From a bacterium (GTDB taxonomy: Bacteria; Babelota; Babeliae; Babelales; JABCYS01), in assembly GCA_027452085.1 (NCBI GenBank), contig DAIDHG010000009.1, positions 1 to 20,159 of the forward strand: a stretch of DNA of 20,159 nucleotides, read 5' to 3'. Made by a program: the position numbers and the translations under genes. Under the pieces are notes generated by a model that ran no database searches, was not told the origin of the DNA, and was given only the letters and a program-made list of their open reading frames with translations. Positions within the stretch are counted from its first letter, which is position 1. Every line of letters begins with the position of its first letter. This document shows, one piece after another, positions 8,827 through 16,221 of this stretch.

Positions 8827-10293
8827 ATGAATAAACGCAATATTATTTTGGTTTCTGCCGCTGGTGCAATTCTATTTGTACTCGCAGCGCGCCATTTCCA
8901 GCTCTTTAAGCGGTCTTCGTCGGAAACGCCCTCATACGTTACCATCTCTCTTGATCAGCTCAAAAACAAAAAGAATATTATTGATATAGCCATTATCGGT
9001 TCTGGCCCAGCCGGTTGGAGCGCGGCATTATATGGCGCGCGCCTTGGCAATTACACGGTGGTTATTGATGGCAATCTCCCCGGCGGACAGCTGACTAAAA
9101 CCTCCTTTATCGAGAATTGGCCGGGCTTTAAACGAATTAAAGGATCGGAACTTATGGATCAGCTGGCCTCGCAGGCAAAATCATATGGAGCCGAGGAGCT
9201 TAAGGATATCGTAACCTCTGTTGATCTAGCCTCATGGCCCTACACCATCAAAACCGATGAAGGGCACACCCTTCATGCTGCTGCTCTTATTATTGCCACC
9301 GGTTCCAGCCCGCGTAATACCGGTATTCCTGGTGAGATGGAATTTTATGGCAAAGGGGTGAGCACCTGCGCTATCTGCGATGCACCATTTTATAAAGGCA
9401 AAAATGCCGTGGTGATTGGCGGTGGTGACTCGGCAGCAGAAGAAGCACTGCAACTTGCGGTGTATGCAAAGAAGGTTACGGTTTTGGTGCGTAAAGAGGT
9501 AATGCGCGCCTCGGCAGTTATGCAGCAACGCTTAAAATCTGCGCACAATATAGAAATTCTTACCGATGTTGAGGCCGAAAGAATAACTGGAGTTGACACC
9601 GTAAAAGCGGTAGAAATTCGCAATAAAAAGACCAACGAACTCAAAGTGCTGCAAACCGATGGCTTTTTTATTGCCATCGGCCACCATCCAAACACCGAAC
9701 TGTTTAAAGGAACCAAGCTGCTCAACCCGCATGGCTATGTTATCGTGCATAACCACACGCAAGAGACGCCGATGCCAGGAATATTTGCCGCAGGGGATGT
9801 TGAAGATTCCCGCTATCGCCAAGCTGGTGTGGCCGCTGGCCATGGCTGTGCAGCGGCTATTGATGCTGATCGTTTCTTGCGTGAGGTTGGCCTCACCGGC
9901 AAGTTCAGAGATAATCTGAAAAAGACTGATGCATACTTTTCTGATTTTCTCGTAGCGAGAGCAGAGATCCCAATGCTGCCATCGCTTGAAAGCTTTAATG
10001 AAAAAGTGGTAAGCCAAAAAGGTATCTTTGTGCTGGATTTTACGGGCAAAAACTGCCCAACCTGCAAGCAGCAGTTGCCGATTATCGAGGCAGCAGCAAG
10101 CCGTTTTGCCGATTCAATAACCTTTTATAAGGTTGACGCTGATGAGGCAAAAGATCTTGTTATGTCTTTAAAGGTGCCAAAAGTTCCCTATGTGGTGATC
10201 TTTAAAGATGGAGTTCGCGTGGCAACCTTTAACAAAGTGGTAAGCAAGCACGAATTCTTTGAGCATTTAAGCTCAATATTGAGCGAAGCTTAA
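8827..10293 (+). CDS. trxB: Thioredoxin-disulfide reductase fused to a C-terminal thioredoxin domain, with N-terminal hydrophobic anchor or signal
   Basis: IIGSGPAG, GGQL, ENWPG, IIATG, GVSTCAICD, GGGDSA, FAAGDV, QAGVAAG. C-terminal DFTGKNCPTC...KVDAD...VP thioredoxin fold. Confidence 0.92.
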   Translation: MNKRNIILVSAAGAILFVLAARHFQLFKRSSSETPSYVTISLDQLKNKKNIIDIAIIGSGPAGWSAALYGARLGNYTVVIDGNLPGGQLTKTSFIENWPGFKRIKGSELMDQLASQAKSYGAEELKDIVTSVDLASWPYTIKTDEGHTLHAAALIIATGSSPRNTGIPGEMEFYGKGVSTCAICDAPFYKGKNAVVIGGGDSAAEEALQLAVYAKKVTVLVRKEVMRASAVMQQRLKSAHNIEILTDVEAERITGVDTVKAVEIRNKKTNELKVLQTDGFFIAIGHHPNTELFKGTKLLNPHGYVIVHNHTQETPMPGIFAAGDVEDSRYRQAGVAAGHGCAAAIDADRFLREVGLTGKFRDNLKKTDAYFSDFLVARAEIPMLPSLESFNEKVVSQKGIFVLDFTGKNCPTCKQQLPIIEAAASRFADSITFYKVDADEAKDLVMSLKVPKVPYVVIFKDGVRVATFNKVVSKHEFFEHLSSILSEA

Positions 10294-10358
10294 ACTTATA
10301 AAAAGAACGATCTGCGCGATATCTATCAATCTTCTTGAATTTCAAAAAAAGACGATCC

Positions 10359-10388
10359 TTGCAAATAGAAAACTCTGTCTGCTAAAAT
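10359..10388 (+). promoter_or_regulatory. Putative promoter TTGCAA-N18-TAAAAT with extended -10 TG
   Basis: TGcTAAAAT at 10380-10388, 35 bp before ATG 10424. Confidence 0.5.
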
Positions 10389-10423
10389 CAAGCTAATTAA
10401 AAGCTTTAAGTTGGACAGTAGTA

Positions 10424-11464
10424 ATGAAGAAAAATATAGGAAAAGCGGGCATTTTGCTCGCGGTCATAGCATTGCAGGGTGACTTTGAGGACGAAAGTCA
10501 GCTCTTTCGTAAAAATGCGGTTATTCGACCGATTATTCCGATCGTGGAAACGCCGCTGAATTCCTTAATGCCAGACTCGCATCTCGAGTCGGTAAAATTC
10601 TATTCTCAAAAGTCGCATGATTCGAACGAAAAAATATTGCGTCACGGGCTTCTTAAGCTCAAAAAAGATGCGCCAGCTACGGTATTGGTATGCCACGGCT
10701 ATATGTGTGACAAAACAGATGTTGGCATTTTTCGCACCATTTTCAAAGATTATAACGTTTTAACGTTTGATTTCCGCGCGCATGGCCAAGAAAAGGATGG
10801 GCAATATTCAAGCCTTGGGCATGATGAGATTTTTGATGTAATCGGCGCCGTTGAATACCTTCGTTCTCGGCCAGAACTTGCAACTAAGCCGCTTATCGCC
10901 TATGCATTCTCAATGGGGGCCGTTTCAGCAATCGGGGCGCAATCAAAGCATGGGAGCTTATTTGATGGCATGATTCTTGATTGCCCCTTTGATCATACAG
11001 ATACGGTTCTGCAAAAAGGTATCGAACAACTTAAGTTCACCATCTTTGGCCACGAGGTTGCGCTGCCAGGTCGCACCATATTGCAAAAATATGCCTATAA
11101 CCACTATGTGCAAAAATTTGTAAAAGCGGTCTTTAAAGCTATTACACCGTTGGATGCCACCAAAATTAAGACGCGTATTATGCCCGTGGCTCCGGTAGAG
11201 TCTATCGAAAATGTGAACGTGCCATGCTATTTCATCACCTGCAAAAATGATGAAAAGGTTCCGGTAGATTCGGTAGTTTCTGTGTATATGGGCGCAAAAG
11301 GCTTTAAACGGTTGTGGATTACCAACGGTCGCAGACACTACGATTCATTCTTTTCAAACCCTGAGCATTACGTTTTTCGGGTGAATGAGTTTGTAGATCA
11401 AGTTTCGCATGGCCAACTAAAGCATGATCAATCGGGATATATTTTCCAAGACAAAGACGTATAA
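10424..11464 (+). CDS. Alpha/beta-fold serine hydrolase with hydrophobic N-terminus
   Basis: CHGY oxyanion loop, FDFRAHG, nucleophile elbow AFSMG, Asp in NDEKV, His in GRRHYDS. Confidence 0.88.
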   Translation: MKKNIGKAGILLAVIALQGDFEDESQLFRKNAVIRPIIPIVETPLNSLMPDSHLESVKFYSQKSHDSNEKILRHGLLKLKKDAPATVLVCHGYMCDKTDVGIFRTIFKDYNVLTFDFRAHGQEKDGQYSSLGHDEIFDVIGAVEYLRSRPELATKPLIAYAFSMGAVSAIGAQSKHGSLFDGMILDCPFDHTDTVLQKGIEQLKFTIFGHEVALPGRTILQKYAYNHYVQKFVKAVFKAITPLDATKIKTRIMPVAPVESIENVNVPCYFITCKNDEKVPVDSVVSVYMGAKGFKRLWITNGRRHYDSFFSNPEHYVFRVNEFVDQVSHGQLKHDQSGYIFQDKDV

Positions 11465-11482
11465 CACAATAAAGGAGTAGTA

Positions 11483-11842
11483 ATGAAGCAACGTCTATTA
11501 TTAGTCGCAGCCTTGTTAGCGATCGCGTTAACAGCGCATGCAGCTGTGAACTTTATGAACACCAGCGATGTGCCGGTGCAAACAGCCAGAACCTATGGTG
11601 GTAAGGCGGATTATAAAATCCGTTCGGTTGCCCGAGAGGAATATCCATCAAAGGCTGTAGCACATGTTCATGAATATGTTGATGATGTGCCGGAATCAGA
11701 AACGCTTTTTGGATGGCATCGCTATCATCATCACTATGGGGATGGTCCATACTGGCGGCGTGGCTATTGGGGAAGGCCATACTATGGGCATCGATACTAC
11801 GGTTATTACCGACCATATTGGCGTCGTCACTATTATTACTAA
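11483..11842 (+). CDS. Secreted protein with Tyr/Arg/Trp/His-rich C-terminus
   Basis: AAGGAG RBS; signal peptide ending AHA; low-complexity basic aromatic tail. Confidence 0.8.
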   Translation: MKQRLLLVAALLAIALTAHAAVNFMNTSDVPVQTARTYGGKADYKIRSVAREEYPSKAVAHVHEYVDDVPESETLFGWHRYHHHYGDGPYWRRGYWGRPYYGHRYYGYYRPYWRRHYYY

Positions 11843-11863
11843 ACAACACTAAAAGGAGAAATT

Positions 11864-12262
11864 ATGAAGAAATTATTAGCATTTGCAGTTGTACTGCTTA
11901 TTGGCTCAACAATGTTTGCCCCACATGGTGGCGGAGGCGGCGGTGGTCACATGGGTGGTGGCGCTGGTCACGTTGGCGGTGGCCATATGGGTGGCGGCGC
12001 AGGTCATATAGGTGGTGGTCATTGGGGCGGCGGCCGTGGCGGCTGGGGCCATGAGCATGACGGTGGTCGTGGTTATTACGGCGATGGTGGCTTTTACGGC
12101 GGTTGGGGCTGGGGCTATCCATATTATGGCTACGGATATCCATACTATGATGGATACTACGGCGATGATTATTATGATGATTATTACCCAGACTACTACT
12201 ACGACTACGGCCCAGGCGTGAGCGTAGGTGTACCAGGGTTTGGCTTCTCAATTGGTATTTAA
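11864..12262 (+). CDS. Secreted Gly/His- then Tyr/Asp-rich low-complexity protein
   Basis: AAGGAG RBS; signal MKKLLAFAVVLLIGSTMFA; GGGH repeats; 20 Tyr; terminator downstream. Confidence 0.82.
   Translation: MKKLLAFAVVLLIGSTMFAPHGGGGGGGHMGGGAGHVGGGHMGGGAGHIGGGHWGGGRGGWGHEHDGGRGYYGDGGFYGGWGWGYPYYGYGYPYYDGYYGDDYYDDYYPDYYYDYGPGVSVGVPGFGFSIGI
11939..12034 (+). repeat. Coding 36-bp tandem repeat (GGGHMGGGAGH[VI], two full copies plus a partial)
   Basis: Units 11939-11974 and 11975-12010 differ mostly at synonymous positions; a partial third unit follows. Confidence 0.75.
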
Positions 12263-12276
12263 TTGCCACATGAATT

Positions 12277-12301
12277 GGGCCTCGCAGGAGGCCCTTTTTT
12301 T
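12277..12301 (+). terminator. Intrinsic terminator
   Basis: GGGCCTC-gcag-GAGGCCC followed by T7. Confidence 0.88.
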
Positions 12302-12349
12302 GGCTTTTGATCAACAAGATAGGCTGCTTAACAAAGAGATTTGCTGATT

Positions 12350-12652
12350 ATGAAGAAATATTTCCTATTTCTATTCCTCGCAAGCTCATGCGTTTTTGCT
12401 GTCAGCAAACTAACTGCTGATACCAAAGCCGAAATAAAGGCGCAGGCAAAAGAAGAGCGTAGGCAGCGACGTCATGAGCGCCGTCGTCTGCGTGCGTTAC
12501 AAAACCCCTATTATTATGGCGGGTATCCAAACCTTTGTTTTGGGCCACCATTTGCCTGGGGCTATAGCTACTATGGCAATTATTACCCCTATTACGGCCC
12601 ATATAATAATTGGGGACCCAACTTTGGCCTGAATTTCAACTTTTACCGGTGA
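12350..12652 (+). CDS. Secreted protein with Arg-rich helix and Tyr/Gly/Pro/Asn-rich C-terminus
   Basis: Signal MKKYFLFLFLASSCVFA from ATG 12350; ERRQRRHERRRLR; YYPYYGPY tail. Confidence 0.78.
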   Translation: MKKYFLFLFLASSCVFAVSKLTADTKAEIKAQAKEERRQRRHERRRLRALQNPYYYGGYPNLCFGPPFAWGYSYYGNYYPYYGPYNNWGPNFGLNFNFYR

Positions 12653-12655
12653 TGC

Positions 12656-12988
12656 ATGAAGAAGCTTTTACTTTGTTGCATCACCGTGTTGTTTCTCAAT
12701 GCCCAATTGTTTGCGTATCATGGCGATGCGGCTGCTCAATCTGTTCTGCAATGCCACGGCTGCGATCTCTGTCTTCAAACCGAAGATGGAAATTATTTAT
12801 CCATTTCTCGCGAGCAACTCATACGGGCGCTTCATCAAAGCGAGAACTCGTATTGCGCATCACCATGCACCGAAAAGTGCCTGACTCAAGTATGCCCATG
12901 CCATCATCATCATCGAAAAATACCTGTGTGCGAACACGGCTGTTGCCGATGGACTCGCTGGCGCTACCCGCAGTGGTATTACTTTTAA
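12656..12988 (+). CDS. Secreted Cys/His-rich small protein
   Basis: Signal peptide; 11 Cys in the mature part; HHHH; aromatic C-terminus WRYPQWYYF; 3-nt gap from the upstream gene. Confidence 0.72.
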   Translation: MKKLLLCCITVLFLNAQLFAYHGDAAAQSVLQCHGCDLCLQTEDGNYLSISREQLIRALHQSENSYCASPCTEKCLTQVCPCHHHHRKIPVCEHGCCRWTRWRYPQWYYF

Positions 12989-13034
12989 CGATTGTTTTTG
13001 CTACGTTCTCCGTACACATTATTACGGAGAAACA

Positions 13035-14540
13035 ATGATCACTATCAATCTTTCTGCAAAATCAATCCATGACCAACCAGTTTCCAGCCGCGTCTGGTTC
13101 TTAGAAGAAGGGTTTACTTTTGGCAAAGAGCTCAATGCATTAGCCAAACATCTTTTCCCTTCACTTCAACAATTTTTCAACGAACGTGGTTTTACCGGCA
13201 AAGCAAATTCCGGTATCACATTACCAATTTGGCATGATGAAAAACTTCTGCATTTAATCTTTGTCGGCCTTGGTAAAAAGCATGGCAAAACGTTAACGAT
13301 GGAAAATTATCGCCGTGCCGTTGGTCGCGCCGTGCGTTTGGCAGAATCGCACAAGCTCTCATCGTTTGCCTTCGAACTCCTCAACCCAAAAGATTTTGGC
13401 GTCGATCTGAATCATTTAGTTCAGCAAACAGTAACCACGGCTCACATGGCAGGCTATCACTTTGATGATTTCAAACGAGATCGCCAATCAACTAAAGAGC
13501 TCGCCATCACGATTTGCATTGATAAAGCTCAGCAAAAAGCTGCTGAGCAAGCAAAAAAAGCCGGTGAAATTATTGCAGCTGCCGTAAATACCACCCGCCA
13601 TCAAATCGACACACCACCAAGCAGACTCACTCCAACACATTTGGCAGAGCACGCCGAGCGTGTTGCAAAAGAAAACAAACTTAAAATTACTGTATTTGGT
13701 GAGCCAGAAATTATTAAGATGGGCATGGGCGGCCTGGCAGCCGTTTCGGCCGGTTCGCACCAAGATGCAAAATTTATCATCATGGAATACAACGGCGGCA
13801 AAAAAACGGATAAACGCATTGCGCTTGTGGGCAAAGGCATCACCTTTGACTCAGGCGGGCTCAGCATAAAGCCAGCGGCAAGCATGGAAACCATGAAAGA
13901 AGATATGGCGGGTGCGGCTTCAGTGATTAATGCCATTGGAGCGCTGGCGGCATTGAAGGCCCCCGTAAATGTGGTAGCCATTGCGCCAACATCAGAAAAT
14001 TTACCAAGCGGCACTGCCACCAAACCGGGCGATATCATCAAATTCTACAATGGAAAAACGGCCGAAGTTCGCAACACGGATGCCGAAGGCCGTCTTATTT
14101 TGGCCGATGCTTTATCATATGCCGTAAAACATTTTGAACCGGGATTAATTGTCGACGTTGCTACCCTGACTGGCGCCTGTGATTATGCCGTTGGTCCATT
14201 CTACAGCGGTCTGTTTACTATGGATGATAAGCTGGCAGATACAGCGCTTGCCGCGGCACAAAAATCGGGCGATCGCGTTTGGCGTTTGCCATTGCATGAA
14301 GATTATGAATTTGCCATTGCATCAGATGTTGCTGATTTGTGTAACATCGGCAAAAGCAATTACAAAGCAGGCGCTACTACCGCTGCCATGTTTTTGAAAC
14401 ATTTTGTCGACGATTGCCCATGGATTCATTTGGATATTGCAAGTAATGCTTTCGATTTGCCAAGCACAAGCTATGTAGAACACGGTGCTTCTGGCGCCAG
14501 TGTGCGATTGCTCATCGAATTAGCACTCTCATATAAGTAG
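13035..14540 (+). CDS. pepA: Leucyl aminopeptidase (M17)
   Basis: VGKGITFDSGG, MKEDMAG, NTDAEGRL, ATLTGA, WIHLDIA motifs; GGAG RBS. Confidence 0.96.
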   Translation: MITINLSAKSIHDQPVSSRVWFLEEGFTFGKELNALAKHLFPSLQQFFNERGFTGKANSGITLPIWHDEKLLHLIFVGLGKKHGKTLTMENYRRAVGRAVRLAESHKLSSFAFELLNPKDFGVDLNHLVQQTVTTAHMAGYHFDDFKRDRQSTKELAITICIDKAQQKAAEQAKKAGEIIAAAVNTTRHQIDTPPSRLTPTHLAEHAERVAKENKLKITVFGEPEIIKMGMGGLAAVSAGSHQDAKFIIMEYNGGKKTDKRIALVGKGITFDSGGLSIKPAASMETMKEDMAGAASVINAIGALAALKAPVNVVAIAPTSENLPSGTATKPGDIIKFYNGKTAEVRNTDAEGRLILADALSYAVKHFEPGLIVDVATLTGACDYAVGPFYSGLFTMDDKLADTALAAAQKSGDRVWRLPLHEDYEFAIASDVADLCNIGKSNYKAGATTAAMFLKHFVDDCPWIHLDIASNAFDLPSTSYVEHGASGASVRLLIELALSYK

Positions 14541-14549
14541 GCATTTTAA

Positions 14550-14640
14550 AAAGTATCTTGGATATTTAACCAAAAACGATCAAAAGTATGTTGGATATTT
14601 AGCCAAAAGTTGGATAAAGTATCTTGGATATTTCGCCAAA
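14550..14640. repeat. Three direct repeats with 33-bp period; 25-bp core AAAGTATSTTGGATATTTMRCCAAA
   Basis: Cores start at 14550, 14583 and 14616, separated by unrelated 8-bp linkers; each contains a TTGG-N8-CCAA dyad. Confidence 0.9.
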
Positions 14641-14669
14641 GTGATTATAAATGCTGGAAAAACGTAGGT

Positions 14670-16034
14670 ATGAAGCGCATTGCCGATTATTTTTTGCTTG
14701 AATGGAAAAATCTCCCACGCCCGAAGCCCTTGCTGGTGCGCGGTGCTCGACAAGTAGGCAAGACCTATGCCGTGCAAGCACTTGGTAAAACATTTCCTCG
14801 ATTTGTAGAAGTTAACCTGGAGACCGATGATGGTGCCAGAAAAATTATTGGGAAAGATCTGGATCCTCATCGTATGATATTGCAGCTTTCAGAGTATCTT
14901 GGTGTGGAGATTATCCCAGGTCAAACATTACTTTTCTTTGATGAGATTCAGAAAGTTCCCAAAGCGATAACGGCGCTTCGCTATTTTTATGAAAAAGTTG
15001 AAGGGCTGCATGTTATTGCAGCAGGATCGCTTTTGGATTTTGCCATTGATTACGTAGGTATGCCAGTTGGTCGCGTTTCTTCTTTGTTTATGTATCCGCT
15101 TTCTTTCCTTGAGTTTTTGGTGGCCCGCGGCGATACACAGTGGGCTCAAGCAATCATTCGGCATAGCGTTGGCGATCCAATCAGTGAGCCGCTGCATGAA
15201 AAATTATTAGACGTGGTTGGTGAATATATCGCCGTTGGCGGTTTGCCTGGTGCTGTTAATGAATGGCTCAGCCCACCGCGATTAAGTGAACGATCTTCGC
15301 GGGCGGTAAAAAGAGTTCATGCAGATCTTATTTTTAACTATCGAGAAGACATTAAGAAGTATGCTGAAAAAGATGAGGTGGCGCAGATCGAAGCTGTATT
15401 TGATGAAGCGGTTAAACAGGTTGGCCGCAAATTTGTATTTGCCAATATCGAAGGCTATCGGAAAAGGGAGCTCGATCCTTCGTTAAAAGCGCTGGAAAAA
15501 GCTGGTTTAATGCATCGAGTTGTGCGCAGTTCAGGGCAAGGCATTCCGCTTGGTTCATTTTCGGATAAAAACGATTTTAAAGTGTTGTTATTAGACGTTG
15601 GCATGACACAAGCACTCAATAAGTTTGATATAAGTTCTTGGCTCATCGATCCATCGCAAAATTTTGTAAATCAAGGTGAAATTGTTGAGGCGTTTGTTGG
15701 GCAGGAGTTACTGGCCTATTCGGATCCTATTATGAAGGAAGAGCTCTTTTATTGGCGACGCCAAGAACGCACGAGCCAGGCAGAAATTGATTATTTGATT
15801 CAGCTAAGGAACAAGGTAATCCCCCTTGAGGTGAAAGCAGGTACCGACAAACGCATGAAAAGTATCCGCATCTTTTTGGATGAGCATGCTCGTTCTCCCT
15901 ATGGTATTCGATTTTCCTCACTCAACTATGAGCAGGCTGGTTTGATTCATTCATATCCGTTGTACGCCGTTGCCAAAACACTCTTTGATGCGAACGAAGT
16001 TATGCGTGAAGCCCTCTTGCATTTAGTTACATAG
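14670..16034 (+). CDS. AAA_14 ATPase with DUF4143 (PD-(D/E)xK-like) C-terminus
   Basis: Walker A GARQVGKT, Walker B FFDEIQ, AAGSLL, GGLP, LLDVG, EAFVGQEL, EIDY...IPLEVK. The family-typical MKR start is at ATG 14670; the track's 14610 start lies inside the repeats. Confidence 0.9.
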   Translation: MKRIADYFLLEWKNLPRPKPLLVRGARQVGKTYAVQALGKTFPRFVEVNLETDDGARKIIGKDLDPHRMILQLSEYLGVEIIPGQTLLFFDEIQKVPKAITALRYFYEKVEGLHVIAAGSLLDFAIDYVGMPVGRVSSLFMYPLSFLEFLVARGDTQWAQAIIRHSVGDPISEPLHEKLLDVVGEYIAVGGLPGAVNEWLSPPRLSERSSRAVKRVHADLIFNYREDIKKYAEKDEVAQIEAVFDEAVKQVGRKFVFANIEGYRKRELDPSLKALEKAGLMHRVVRSSGQGIPLGSFSDKNDFKVLLLDVGMTQALNKFDISSWLIDPSQNFVNQGEIVEAFVGQELLAYSDPIMKEELFYWRRQERTSQAEIDYLIQLRNKVIPLEVKAGTDKRMKSIRIFLDEHARSPYGIRFSSLNYEQAGLIHSYPLYAVAKTLFDANEVMREALLHLVT

Positions 16035-16221
16035 TCGCGGCATTTAGGGCATCGCTAACGGCTGGCAAAAAAAAGGCACTCGATCGAGTGACTCAACTTT
16101 TTTACGTTTCTTATCGATGTGGCTGAATGTTAGGCCTGGTGGCATTAAATAGCCATGAATAAAATAATAGCGTCAGTGGCCCCATTAAAAAAGCCAATGA
16201 AGCGTTGTCTGTTTCTGTATA

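Noticed and set aside
11553..12602. His/Arg-rich antisense and alternative-frame ORFs
   Set aside because: Shadows of the Gly/Tyr codon repeats in the real genes.
12610..13038. 142-aa plus-strand ORF overlapping the Cys-rich gene
   Set aside because: Non-ATG start inside the upstream gene; the 12656 frame has a signal peptide and fits the cluster.
14550..14640. CRISPR mini-array interpretation
   Set aside because: Linkers are only 8 bp, there are only three units, and no cas genes are in the window.
14580..14870. Minus-strand ORF ending in LAKYPRYF/LAKYPTYF repeats
   Set aside because: Translation of the 33-bp DNA repeat, antisense to the ATPase gene.
16111..16221. Possible vapC 3' remainder beyond the IS
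   Set aside because: None of the three minus-strand frames contains the expected D-x-x-x-x-A...LT-x-D PIN motifs.
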